A DNA stretch of 64,000 nt from an uncultured virus (IMG/VR IMGVR_UViG_3300025133_000076) (IMGVR_UViG_3300025133_000076), one strand, 5' to 3'; counted from the stretch's first letter, positions 38,917 to 48,465 are shown. The notes: generated from the sequence alone by a model not told the origin. Translations and numbers: made by a program.

Positions 38917-39161
38917 TTTAGAATCTCCCTTGGTTACACTAAGTTATAGCTGGTGTAGAAATAGAAATAGAATCACCACCCGGGCAAAAGATTGACAAAT
39001 TCGGATTCTATTTCTAATTCTGCACCAACTATTCTGTGGTGTAAGCGAGGAACAGGAAAGAAAAGAGGGTCGAAACTTTCTACTTTCAATTCTGCATCAA
39101 CTATGTTTCGGTAGCGGCACCGACTTATAGTCAACCAAACCAGCCGTATAGAGGTGATTAG

Positions 39162-39608
39162 ATGAGCGACAAGACCAATATTTTTGCTAACGAGCACAAT
39201 GAGAGTCCAGCACAGGTTATCCGTCAAACGATGGCAGTGTCTTTGGATGATGATGGCTCCCCAATTATTAGCTTTGCTATGAATCGTGGAAAGGGTAGCG
39301 GGTCGCAGGTTCTTCCTGTCGAGGAATACCGAGAGTATGTTGAAACTCTTGGCGGCTATGCTGATAACGGGATTCCCGAAACAGCGGAACAGGAATTGCT
39401 GTCGGCTTCCGAAACTGTCCGCCGAACAATTAAGAATGAAGATGGCGTGATTTCCTTCCGAGTTCGTAGCGGAAAGGGTGCGAAACCTGCAAAGCTGCCT
39501 GCTTCTGACTTCTCCGAGGTCGTTGACCTTCTCCGAGGTACTTTGGATGCGGTATGTGCTGCCGGTGAGCAGTTGGCTCCTTCGGCTTCCGATGAAGATA
39601 GCGAGTAA
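39162..39608 (+). CDS. Triplicated hypothetical protein, copy 1 (internal duplication with GKG motifs)
   Basis: NESP..IRQTM.VSLDDDG.P..SFA.NRGKGSG...FRVRSGKGAKPAK. Confidence 0.85.
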   Translation: MSDKTNIFANEHNESPAQVIRQTMAVSLDDDGSPIISFAMNRGKGSGSQVLPVEEYREYVETLGGYADNGIPETAEQELLSASETVRRTIKNEDGVISFRVRSGKGAKPAKLPASDFSEVVDLLRGTLDAVCAAGEQLAPSASDEDSE

Positions 39609-39753
39609 ATAAGTTATAGCCTCCGCGTGCAAACACACGCGGAGGCCCCACGGGGAGGCACAGGGTAAAAGGTGTCTCAATTTTCTAACTCTTGTATTTT
39701 CAAATCCATATCGGGGGTGTCTATGTTACAATCAAGTGACGCAGGAGTTAGTT

Positions 39754-39954
39754 ATGTCGAATAACGACAGCAGTGAGCATCGAAAGTTTGTATATCAATT
39801 TGCCAGAGAAGCACTCAAGCGCAAGGCTACCTCGGAAGAGATCGCATACGCACTTGAGTTGTTGGCACCCCTGTCCGGCCATAAAGCCTTGGGGTTCAGA
39901 GTTCGCTTGCAGCGCAAAGCAGATGGCGAGCCTTGGAGTTGGTCGAAAATGTAG
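39754..39954 (+). CDS. Small hypothetical protein
   Basis: AGGAG RBS. Confidence 0.55.
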   Translation: MSNNDSSEHRKFVYQFAREALKRKATSEEIAYALELLAPLSGHKALGFRVRLQRKADGEPWSWSKM

Positions 39955-40126
39955 GTGCTCCCCGCAGGGAGGCATGGGGTTACAGATGCCTCTTCTAAAA
40001 AATAAATTATTTGGTTGTAATTGTCTGCTCGCATGGGTATGATAATCCAACAGGGGCGATTGTGAAACTTTTGCCCAACCTTGAGGTAGTTTTCTACTTC
40101 TAATTCTGCACCACCTATATATGTGT

Positions 40127-40775
40127 GTAAGCAGATTGATCATTGAAATTTTAATTTGACCCTTGCTCTCGGGTCATAAAACCCCAGTGGAATTACCGGC
40201 TTTGGGGCCTCTTCGGAGGATAGCGAGAACCCTGTTTAGGAGAGATGCGTTTGCACGCATCTGCCGCCTAACTGGAAAGGGGAATGAGTTAAGGGGCGTG
40301 GTAGTCCTGAGAATCATTTAGTAACTGGACGCATGAGCCTACATACCACTGTAGGAGTGCTGCCGAAAGTATCTGCGGACTTGTAGGTTCATCGTGGAAA
40401 CGGGATAAGGGCAAACCAGACTAAAAGTCTTGGTAAGCTGAAGAAATTTGGCAGAATTTAACTTCTGATGACAGAAGGCTCTCAAGCAGAACTGGCAACG
40501 GGTCTGCTGTCCCGAAAGGGGCTATTGGGATTCTCTACCAAGGGGATGAACGGTAGCGTGTGACAAGAGGGGGAAGTGTACAGCTTACCAACTTGAGCAC
40601 AGAATGTCATTGCAGTCGTATTGTTTGCTGTTTAACGCCTCCAAAGGGCAAAAACAGGGAGCAAGCCAGTGCAGGGTGGTTACTCACCCGTGTGTGTACA
40701 TCTAACCGAAAGGGACAGGTCAATAGACTTGATGGTCACTGGCAGAAGGAATAGACATGCTAAATCCTTCCCCCT
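40127..40775 (+). ncRNA. Large highly structured ncRNA (GOLLD/ROOL-like scale)
   Basis: Promoter motif upstream and terminator downstream, no credible ORF; many hairpins with UUCG/GAAA/GCAA loops and long-range pairings. Confidence 0.75.
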
Positions 40776-40778
40776 TCC

Positions 40779-40814
40779 TAAAAGGAGTCCCGGTTCGCTG
40801 GGACTCCTTTTTTT
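40779..40814 (+). terminator. Intrinsic terminator of the large ncRNA
   Basis: AAAAGGAGTCCCGG-TTCG-CTGGGACTCCTTTTTTT. Confidence 0.85.
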
Positions 40815-40896
40815 ATTTCAGGGCAAAAGTTTTACAAATACATTTACACTTCTGTTTCTACACCAGCTATCACTGAGTGTCAGCATGGAGTGTCAA

Positions 40897-41535
40897 ATGA
40901 ACTTAAAAGAAGCAAAATATATAACAGGACATAAGTCTGGTTTAGGCGCACCATCTAAAATGCCTGGCTTTTCAACCAGCCTCAGCGCCTATGATTGCAA
41001 GACGGGTTCAAAGCTGGCCAAAATAGAGGGAAGCGTCTGCAGCAAGTGCTATGCATTCCGCAACAACTATAACTATCCTAATGTAAAGTCTGCGCATCAA
41101 GCAAGGCTTGCGGCCTTAGAGCATCCCCAGTGGGTTGAAGCCATGACCCTACTCGTCGGTCATTACACAGAGGAGGCCGACCCATATTTTAGAATCCATG
41201 ATAGTGGCGATATACAGTCCAAAGAGCATCTTGTAATGTGGATTAATGTTGCACGGAACTTGCCCTGGGTAAAGTTTTGGATGCCTACAAAAGAGGTTCG
41301 ATGGACAAAGGATGTTCGGGCTAAGACTACAGACTGGCCTAAGAATCTTGTCGTTAGATTGTCAGCCCCAATGGTTGGTCAGGCTCCTCCTCAAAGTATG
41401 GAGAACTTTCCTACCTCGACAGTCCAGTCTGATACTGGATTTAGTTGCGGAGCGCCTACACGCGGAAACAAGTGCGGGCCATGTAGAGCGTGTTGGATAT
41501 CTACTGTTAAGAACATTGATTATCACGCTCAATAA
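40897..41535 (+). CDS. GP88-like phage protein (radical-SAM-like Cys motifs)
   Basis: SKMPG, C.TG.KL....GSVC..CYA, FRIHDSGD, W.PTKE, C...CRACW. Confidence 0.75.
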   Translation: MNLKEAKYITGHKSGLGAPSKMPGFSTSLSAYDCKTGSKLAKIEGSVCSKCYAFRNNYNYPNVKSAHQARLAALEHPQWVEAMTLLVGHYTEEADPYFRIHDSGDIQSKEHLVMWINVARNLPWVKFWMPTKEVRWTKDVRAKTTDWPKNLVVRLSAPMVGQAPPQSMENFPTSTVQSDTGFSCGAPTRGNKCGPCRACWISTVKNIDYHAQ

Positions 41536-41618
41536 ACCAGAGGACAAACGCTATGTTCCATAACCCGCACACGCGGGCAAAAGATTTACAATTGAAATGT
41601 AAATCTTTTGCCCAGGGT

Positions 41619-41930
41619 AAAAGGGCGCCGAGGAGAACATGTTCTCCCCGGTTCTGCCGTAACAGCGAGCGATTTGTTGCCGAAGGGATTACGGTCCCCC
41701 TGGAGTTTTGTCGCTCAAATAAACACCCGTGTAGGCCTTGAAGAAGTTTAGCGCAGCTTGCTGTGTAGCGACGAGTCGAGAGGCTCGCTCCTTGAATCTA
41801 TATTCCTTTTAATCTTTGCCCGAAGTACTGTTAACTAGTATCAGCAGAGGGTTTGAATAAATCTCTTTATGATTCGTGACGGCCTTTGATTTCGCCTATT
41901 TTGCCTTGCCTTTTATCTCCCTTTCCTTAC
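41619..41930 (-). ncRNA. Candidate ~310-nt ncRNA
   Basis: Promoter motif at 41930-41965(-), terminator hairpin near 41620-41655, no usable ORF between; several hairpins. Confidence 0.5.
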
Positions 41931-42095
41931 GCCATGTTATAGCTGCTGCAGAAATAGAAATAGAAAAGACTAATGGCGTTTGCCGGGCAAAAGTTTGACA
42001 TAATATTTGACAGGAATTAGACAATTTATGGCACAGGTTTTGCACCAGCTATTCTTCGGCGTAGGGAGTTTCCTCCCAATAAAGAAGGAGGTTTC

Positions 42096-42212
42096 ATGGA
42101 ATCATTGCTTATTATTGTTGGACCGCCGATTATGGCGAGCCTTTGGGTAGCTGCGGGGTTTATCGTAGGTCTTGAGTTAGCAGAAATGTACAAAGACATT
42201 AGGGGGATTTGA
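42096..42212 (+). CDS. Small membrane peptide (not in ORF track)
   Basis: AGGAGG RBS; 38 aa hydrophobic. Confidence 0.55.
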   Translation: MESLLIIVGPPIMASLWVAAGFIVGLELAEMYKDIRGI

Positions 42213-42243
42213 CTTATTGGATAATGATCGGTAAGATTATTAT

Positions 42244-42573
42244 ATGGATACTGAATTATTGTATTCGAAATTCTTCAAGCAGCGTCACACCAAACTACTT
42301 CTTATACTGGTGCTACTTGATCTTCTTGCGACAATAATTTGGTTTTACTTTTTTGATATACCAGAAATGAATCCAATTCTTTCTGGCCCAATAGAAAAGT
42401 CAATGTCCAACTTTATTTTTACAAAGTTAGCGTTATCCTTGCCCAGTATATTTATCCTAAATAAGTTTCTGCACAAAAGGGTATCCCAAATTGGGATGGC
42501 CATTCTTTTGACCAGCTATATATGTGTAAGCATAATACATTATTTTATTTTTATTAAAATACTAACTGGCTAG
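42244..42573 (+). CDS. DUF5658-like membrane protein
   Basis: LLDLLAT...EMNP...F..TKL; three hydrophobic helices. Confidence 0.65.
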   Translation: MDTELLYSKFFKQRHTKLLLILVLLDLLATIIWFYFFDIPEMNPILSGPIEKSMSNFIFTKLALSLPSIFILNKFLHKRVSQIGMAILLTSYICVSIIHYFIFIKILTG

Positions 42574-42718
42574 CCGGGCAAAAGTTTGACAACCCCCCGC
42601 CCGCTATACACACTTTGCGTGCGCACGTGCGTTGTCTTAAACGAGGCAAAAGTTTGACATTTGGAATAAAGTTGTGCCGGAAGTCATTTCTGACTTCCGA
42701 CACTCCCCCCTTTTGAGC

Positions 42719-43129
42719 CTACTTGGAAAGCTTCTTTGCAGCACCTTCCACAGCATCGACTGTATCTCGGAGAAGGCTGACGACCTCGGAGAAGTCCTCG
42801 ACACCAACCTTTGCGGGCTTTGCACCCTTTCCTCCCCTAACTCGGAAGGAGATAACTCCATCCTCGGATTTTATGGTCTTACGGACCATTTCAGCAGGAG
42901 AGAGTTCTTCCTCGGAAATCTCGGGGATTCCAGCGTCCCGCACTTCTTCAAGTGCTGCGATGTAATCCGCGAACTCCGCGACGGGGATGGTCTGGGAACC
43001 GCTACCCTTGCCTCGATTGACGGCAAAGGACACCACTGGAGTCCCATCGTCGTCGAGGCTAACGCTCATTGTCTGACGAAGAATCGCCGCAGGACTCTCG
43101 TTGTGCTCATTGGAAAAAATGTTCTGCAT
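42719..43129 (-). CDS. Triplicated hypothetical protein, copy 2
   Basis: Paralog of 39162; start MQNIFSNEH after AGGAG RBS. Confidence 0.85.
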   Translation of the reverse strand: MQNIFSNEHNESPAAILRQTMSVSLDDDGTPVVSFAVNRGKGSGSQTIPVAEFADYIAALEEVRDAGIPEISEEELSPAEMVRKTIKSEDGVISFRVRGGKGAKPAKVGVEDFSEVVSLLRDTVDAVEGAAKKLSK

Positions 43130-43369
43130 GGCAGACTCCTTTTCTTGATTAGCTCGGAGGACCATCCTCCTTGCACAATTGAATAGTTGGTGCAGAAACA
43201 GAAATGGATTTTCGCTGGGCAAAAGTTTAACATACCGATATAACCCACACTGGGCAAAAGTTTAACAAGTGCCATTTTATGTCCGTTAGATATTTTATGG
43301 CACGGATTTTGCATCAACTATTATTTGATGAGAGGACACAGTTCCCCCAACATTAGCCGGAGGTTTATT

Positions 43370-43648
43370 ATGATTGAGTCTATTTTCAAAGGCAATACAT
43401 ACCGTTATTGTAAAGGTAAGAATGGCAATTATTGGGTGGGGGCAAAGCGCTCTCTCGGTGGTGGTTGGGGCAGTAGTTACTACCCCGGAAATAACTGTCA
43501 TGCCCCGATGTGTATTTGGGGAGAGTTGGTTGAGATTGCTATTTCTTCCGGTGTTTCTCCAGAAGAGTTCCGCAGTCCAAAGCCCGAAGTGGAAAAGAGT
43601 TCTCCGAGAAAGAAGAAGGATTCAAAGCCTTCTATCTCTATCTTCTAA
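43370..43648 (+). CDS. Hypothetical protein
   Basis: GGAGG RBS; ends ISIF. Confidence 0.7.
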   Translation: MIESIFKGNTYRYCKGKNGNYWVGAKRSLGGGWGSSYYPGNNCHAPMCIWGELVEIAISSGVSPEEFRSPKPEVEKSSPRKKKDSKPSISIF

Positions 43649-43671
43649 TCAATTGTCAATAGGAGTTTCTA

Positions 43672-43911
43672 ATGAAGCGTAATGAAATGAAAGATGCAAT
43701 CCAAGCTTTTCTTGATGGAGGAGGAGAGGTTACTCGACTTCGATATGCCAGCGAGAAGGACCAAGCAAAGGCTCAACGCAGGTGGCATCATAAGGATAAG
43801 GCTATCGCTGGAAGTGAAAGGTCAAGAGAGATTCTTGATAAGGAAACTGCAAAGGAAAAGTCTATGATTTTTTCTAAGGATGAACGCTGGGCTGTTGACT
43901 CTAACGAGTAA
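43672..43911 (+). CDS. Hypothetical protein
   Basis: IQAFLDGGGEVT motif; AGGAG RBS. Confidence 0.7.
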   Translation: MKRNEMKDAIQAFLDGGGEVTRLRYASEKDQAKAQRRWHHKDKAIAGSERSREILDKETAKEKSMIFSKDERWAVDSNE

Positions 43912-43938
43912 GCACACACGCACACATAGGAGGACAAA

Positions 43939-44187
43939 ATGAATAGAGTAACAGCAATTCGTAACCATCCAAAGGTAGGCGCAGGTTCATGTACGTCTGT
44001 GGATGAGTGTTGGGATGATAAAGATATTATTGAATTTCTTGATGATAATGATGTCACGACAGAAGAAGGTGCAATTGAGTGGGCCTTAGAACAGGAAGGC
44101 TTATTCCTCGAACAGGGTTTGAATCAACGCTGGGGAGAGGATGATGACCCACAGCTTTTAGCATGGCAGGAGTGGAATAATGAGTAG
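43939..44187 (+). CDS. Hypothetical protein
   Basis: VGAGSCTSVDECW; AGGAGG RBS. Confidence 0.75.
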   Translation: MNRVTAIRNHPKVGAGSCTSVDECWDDKDIIEFLDDNDVTTEEGAIEWALEQEGLFLEQGLNQRWGEDDDPQLLAWQEWNNE

Positions 44188-44356
44188 GTATAATCATGCT
44201 ATAGATTTAGCTTTTGAGTTTCTTACAGAAGATGAAGAGCCAGTAATCCCAAAAAACTTAGAAGCATTAGTGAGGGCTGCAAAGGCCCGCTTAGATAGAA
44301 TCTTAGAGACAAAAGATTATCAAGCATTTGGCGTTTATGATACCATTGAAGAGTAA
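44180..44356 (+). CDS. Small hypothetical protein (not in ORF track)
   Basis: Coupled start, AGGAG RBS, 58 aa. Confidence 0.6.
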   Translation: MSRYNHAIDLAFEFLTEDEEPVIPKNLEALVRAAKARLDRILETKDYQAFGVYDTIEE

Positions 44357-44374
44357 CTTATTTGGAGGCATACT

Positions 44375-44587
44375 ATGAAGGAAATAAATAAAGCAACAGA
44401 ATTAGACTTGAAGTATCAATTCGCAATGCTCGCCTCTCATGTAGAGGATTTTCTAAAAGAGATTGTGCATTATGATACATATAACGAAGGTCTTTATCAA
44501 ATCGTAGATGATGATATAGAGCCAATGCAAAAGAGACTTGCAACAATCAGGTCTATTCAAAAGCTTGCAGCAGATGGTGAAGAATGA
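44375..44587 (+). CDS. Hypothetical protein
   Basis: GGAGG RBS. Confidence 0.7.
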   Translation: MKEINKATELDLKYQFAMLASHVEDFLKEIVHYDTYNEGLYQIVDDDIEPMQKRLATIRSIQKLAADGEE

Positions 44588-44611
44588 AAAACTTTTGCCC
44601 AGGAGGGAGAA

Positions 44612-44863
44612 ATGGAAAAGTTATATAAAGTTATCGCATACATTAGAGTAGATGCGTGGCCGGAAGATTATGAATACTATAAAAGCATTGAAGATGCCCA
44701 ATCAGAGGTGGTTCATTGTGAGTCTATGCAGCCAGAGAATATCTATAGAGTAGAAGAGGTTACTCCAGAGGACGAAGATTGGCCGGAGAACCCTGAGATC
44801 ATATCGTATCCAAATAGCGGAATACAAGTAAAAGCAAAAGATATTACAGAAAGTATTGACTAA
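44612..44863 (+). CDS. Hypothetical protein
   Basis: AGGAGG RBS. Confidence 0.7.
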   Translation: MEKLYKVIAYIRVDAWPEDYEYYKSIEDAQSEVVHCESMQPENIYRVEEVTPEDEDWPENPEIISYPNSGIQVKAKDITESID

Positions 44864-45080
44864 AGCTTCAGGCTGTATATACTTTCTACACAAGGAGAAT
44901 AAGTGAAGACTATAATGAAAATCATTATTATATGTTCTGTAGCTATTGGAGTGCTCTACTGGGCCTCAGCTAATCCGAATAGCGCAAGAACTTTGAAAAA
45001 GAATATAGATGGTCTGGCCAATACCTGCTCAGAAACCGTTGATAAGATTGTTGATAACCTAACTGACTAAGGAGGGCGTA

Positions 45081-45668
45081 ATGCCTAATTGGTGCCAAAA
45101 CACACTCAATGTGAGTGGAGATAAAAATGATATTCGCATGTTCAAGGCTAAGGCTCGTGGACACACGCACTCATACCATGCCTTCACCAGAAATAGAGAA
45201 TGGCCTCTGCATGACGACATTAGGCTGAAGGCTAAGTTGTCTACTATTCCTGAATTGGGAGAGGTGGTCGACTTATCGTTCCATTCTCTTTACCCAGTTC
45301 CTGATGATTTCCTTAGATTTCCATACGATGACAGACAAGCTGTTGAGCTGGGAGAGAAAATCGGGGAGGACCGACCTTATGGCGGATATAGGTGGGAGAG
45401 TATTCATTGGGGATGCAAGTGGGGTTCTTGTGACTCAGAGTTGTTTGTTGAAGAAGATTGCTTTCTTCAATATGAGTTCTCAACTCCCTGGGGACCGCCC
45501 AATGAATTCTTGCAAAGGGTGTCCGAAGACTGGCCAAACCTTTCTTTTGAACTGGAATACTCAGAGTCAGGCATGGGGTTTGCAGGAAAGATTGGATTCC
45601 AAAATGGAGATTGTTTCATGGAGGAGACTTGGGATTATGAAGAAGATTATGAAGAGGGAGAAGAATAA
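45081..45668 (+). CDS. DUF1281/YubB-like ferredoxin-fold protein
   Basis: MPNWCQN.L, WGCKW, FSTPWGPP, L.F.LEY.E.GMGFAG. Confidence 0.8.
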   Translation: MPNWCQNTLNVSGDKNDIRMFKAKARGHTHSYHAFTRNREWPLHDDIRLKAKLSTIPELGEVVDLSFHSLYPVPDDFLRFPYDDRQAVELGEKIGEDRPYGGYRWESIHWGCKWGSCDSELFVEEDCFLQYEFSTPWGPPNEFLQRVSEDWPNLSFELEYSESGMGFAGKIGFQNGDCFMEETWDYEEDYEEGEE

Positions 45669-45895
45669 TGGAAGAAAAGAATGAGTTTATAAAATATATT
45701 GAGGATAAGCAAACGACTGTTCCGCCTGGAGGAATGGAGTTTGAACTAAATGAAACGCTATTGTCTTTATACAATAAAGGCTTTATTGAAGTTATAATGG
45801 AAGAAGGGGAGCCGATGATTGCTATATCTGAAAAGGGACATGAAAGTTTTTTGGCAGAATTCGCCCTATCGGTCATGACGCCTATTGAGGCGTAA
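45668..45895 (+). CDS. Small hypothetical protein (possible winged helix)
   Basis: LLSLYNKGFIEV...ISEKG. Confidence 0.65.
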   Translation: MEEKNEFIKYIEDKQTTVPPGGMEFELNETLLSLYNKGFIEVIMEEGEPMIAISEKGHESFLAEFALSVMTPIEA

Positions 45896-45948
45896 AGGTA
45901 TAATAATCATACTATTTCTGCATCAACTATTACGCATGAGGGGCGGCG

Positions 45949-46437
45949 ATGAAACCACTAATCAGAATAGAAGAAGAATACGGTTATAGAAATTGGATCT
46001 GGATGCCAGATATGTCCGAGGAAGAGGTTATAGATTGGTGGAAGAATCTGCCGTCTGTAGGTTCGTTCTTTTATGATGGACCCAGAGATTTGCCCGGAGA
46101 AGTCTTCGAAGTTTATTTTGATTGGGAAGATCGGGATAGCAACAAGTTCTGTCTGTTTAGAAAGGGAGAGGGTCGAGAGATTCATCAGACAAGTGAGTTC
46201 ATAGACGTTCCCGAAGGTGCGTGGTACATGCACATGCACATGGACAACGACAGTATACTTATCCTTGATAATGATGAGAGAATTCATCATGCTGGTCATG
46301 TTACTGATGAGGAATATTATTCTGAAGATTATAAACAATCGCCAGAATCGGAAAAGATCTGGAATAAGGCTATGGGCGATCAGATCAATGGGATAACAAA
46401 AGAGGAAAAGCGCAGAGTCGATGATTCCGAGGAATAA
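45949..46437 (+). CDS. Hypothetical protein
   Basis: Promoter motif; 162 aa. Confidence 0.7.
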   Translation: MKPLIRIEEEYGYRNWIWMPDMSEEEVIDWWKNLPSVGSFFYDGPRDLPGEVFEVYFDWEDRDSNKFCLFRKGEGREIHQTSEFIDVPEGAWYMHMHMDNDSILILDNDERIHHAGHVTDEEYYSEDYKQSPESEKIWNKAMGDQINGITKEEKRRVDDSEE

Positions 46438-46444
46438 AACATAT

Positions 46445-46521
46445 GCGCCCTTAGCTCAGCTGGATAGAGCATCGGCCTTCTAAGCCGAGGGTCACAGGTT
46501 CGAATCCTGTAGGGCGTGCCA
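46445..46521 (+). tRNA. tRNA-Arg (UCU)
   Basis: Cloverleaf, anticodon loop CTTCTAA, GTTCGAATC, CCA end. Confidence 0.95.
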
Positions 46522-46540
46522 TAATAAAAAGGAAAGGAAA

Positions 46541-46750
46541 ATGAGTGATATTTATCCCGGTAACGGGTCATGTGAAATTTGTGGACAGATAGATCCATGC
46601 GGATTTTGTGCGGGTGTGCCAACTGCCCTTTTGAAGTTGGCACCGAAAACACACGAATGGCTTAAGGCTTGCCGCTCAGAAGATAGCTCAGACCTTAAAG
46701 GAATCCCTTATAAGAATGGCGACAAAGAGAAGAGCCTAACCCCTAAATGA
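46541..46750 (+). CDS. Small Cys-rich protein
   Basis: CEIC...CGFC; AGGA RBS. Confidence 0.6.
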   Translation: MSDIYPGNGSCEICGQIDPCGFCAGVPTALLKLAPKTHEWLKACRSEDSSDLKGIPYKNGDKEKSLTPK

Positions 46751-46831
46751 AATCATTTATAATATGCCTATGGTTTTTCTTTATGGCCATAGGCATATTT
46801 GCAATAACGATAACTCACCCTGAGAATAATA

Positions 46832-47050
46832 ATGAATAAGTATATAATCCAACTAGCCCTATTGATAGGGGTGGTTGATCAGATTCATGGCGATTATTTA
46901 ACCGCAGAAGTTTCGACAACCAAAGGTACTATTGAGCATATTCAAATGCATAAAGATATGATCCCTTGTGTTGTGACAGAAGGAAGCATGTTTTATTTTG
47001 AAAGAGAAAATGAAGTTGTGGAGATTCGGTGTGGGGAGCCGCCAGTGTAA
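46832..47050 (+). CDS. Small hypothetical protein (DUF3006-like)
   Basis: GVVDQIHGD...IPC.V.EG. Confidence 0.55.
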   Translation: MNKYIIQLALLIGVVDQIHGDYLTAEVSTTKGTIEHIQMHKDMIPCVVTEGSMFYFERENEVVEIRCGEPPV

Positions 47051-47059
47051 GGAGGAGGG

Positions 47060-47323
47060 ATGGAAGCTTTTTTGTTTTACATATTTATAATAAGTTTAAT
47101 TGTATTGACTTATTATTTTGGAAAATTTATAGGATGGAGTATGCATCAACCTCGGGCTGATAAAGTTCGAGAGGTTGACGACGTAATAAATGCAGATGTA
47201 CGTTATGACCAAAATGGTTTAATTAAATATGATCTTGTTTACTTAGAAGAGGAAGGCAAATATACCAAGGTATATAATGCAGAAGTTATAAACGGAACAG
47301 ATATAATAAAAAAGGATAATTAA
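47060..47323 (+). CDS. Membrane-anchored hypothetical protein
   Basis: N-terminal TM helix; AGGAGG RBS. Confidence 0.7.
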   Translation: MEAFLFYIFIISLIVLTYYFGKFIGWSMHQPRADKVREVDDVINADVRYDQNGLIKYDLVYLEEEGKYTKVYNAEVINGTDIIKKDN

Positions 47324-47324
47324 A

Positions 47325-47537
47325 ATGTTTGTAATAGAAAGAGGTGGGGTAGCTTGGGATCAGAGGTTTTATTCTGGCAGAAGCTATATGTCTCCCGAGC
47401 CACAATTTGGGCCGCTTACGCACGCACACAAATTCGAATCTCATTCGGCTGCCGTATCTATGAGTTATAGGATTGATGATGAAGCGGGTTGTTATACAAC
47501 AGTTGAGCCGCTTGAAAGTTTTTCAGAAACTGATTGA
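47325..47537 (+). CDS. Hypothetical protein
   Basis: 70 aa, in operon. Confidence 0.6.
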   Translation: MFVIERGGVAWDQRFYSGRSYMSPEPQFGPLTHAHKFESHSAAVSMSYRIDDEAGCYTTVEPLESFSETD

Positions 47538-47582
47538 ATATCTACAATAATTTTTCGTCAGACCACCGACTAGGAGGTCAAA

Positions 47583-47834
47583 ATGTTTAGTAAAATTTTA
47601 ATTCTTTCTTTATTTAGTTCCGTAGCTTGCGCCCACTCGGGCCATCAGACACGTGGACACGCGCAACAACATGAGTTGCATCAGCATGTACAACATCATA
47701 ATAATTTTACTGTGTGGGAGTTGAGGCATGGTCATTGGGTACAGATTTATTACACACGCGTTTGGGTGCCTGCGCATCATAGGCATGGGCGGCATGTGCC
47801 GGGACATTGGAAGAAAGTAGAAAGGAAAAGATAA
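47583..47834 (+). CDS. Secreted His-rich protein with WVPxHW-type repeats
   Basis: Signal peptide; GHWV...WVPAHH...HVPGHW. Confidence 0.7.
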   Translation: MFSKILILSLFSSVACAHSGHQTRGHAQQHELHQHVQHHNNFTVWELRHGHWVQIYYTRVWVPAHHRHGRHVPGHWKKVERKR

Positions 47835-47859
47835 ATCACTTTATAATGCTGGAGCTGAA

Positions 47860-48096
47860 GTGGAAACGATGTTGGTTGGATATATTATAGAAAATAAAAA
47901 CGCCCCCTGGGGGAGTAGGTTTTGGGTAGATATTCCTTCTGTTGGTGTAAAAACCTTTGGTAATGATGATAGGGCCAGAATCTTTATTACGAAGCAAGAG
48001 GCTGAGCTTGTTAATAATGATATTCAATATGAATATGGAATAGAGACAGTTGTGACAAAGCGTAGCGACCTTTACCCTAAATCATGGTGGTTTTAA
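47860..48096 (+). CDS. Hypothetical protein
   Basis: GGAG RBS, GTG start. Confidence 0.6.
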   Translation: METMLVGYIIENKNAPWGSRFWVDIPSVGVKTFGNDDRARIFITKQEAELVNNDIQYEYGIETVVTKRSDLYPKSWWF

Positions 48097-48465
48097 ATGA
48101 TTGATGATCTAGAAGAATTGGTAGAGTGGAATCGTGCAAAATACATCAAAGAAAGAGAAGAGGCTACAGAAGCTGCTTTGAATCATTGCCCCACCTGGGT
48201 TAGAGAATGGCTAGTTAATTGTACCGCTGGTGACAATGGAGAGGCGCATTCTTATGCATCCTCTTATGACGATGGCATAGAGTGGTTTCAGGTAGGACGT
48301 AATTCTTCCCATTATTTTTCCCTCGGGGTCCGGGCCGATGGAGTTTTTATTAAAAAAACAGAAGGCGATGATTATGATGAAGAATGCCAATGCTGGTATA
48401 GCAAAACAACCATAAGGATAGTAACTCTGGATGAGATCTCCCGAGGTTATTGGGGGCACCTATGA
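48097..48465 (+). CDS. Hypothetical protein
   Basis: 122 aa, abuts upstream stop. Confidence 0.65.
   Translation: MIDDLEELVEWNRAKYIKEREEATEAALNHCPTWVREWLVNCTAGDNGEAHSYASSYDDGIEWFQVGRNSSHYFSLGVRADGVFIKKTEGDDYDEECQCWYSKTTIRIVTLDEISRGYWGHL

Noticed and set aside
40127..40775. rRNA fragment, RNase P RNA or self-splicing intron
   Set aside because: No recognisable rRNA or RNase P conserved motifs; it does not interrupt a gene and has its own promoter and terminator. A formal Rfam search is still needed
40560..40896. ORF 40560..40754 and the N-terminal extension of the 40669 ORF
   Set aside because: They overlap the structured RNA, terminator and promoter; the real start with RBS is at 40897
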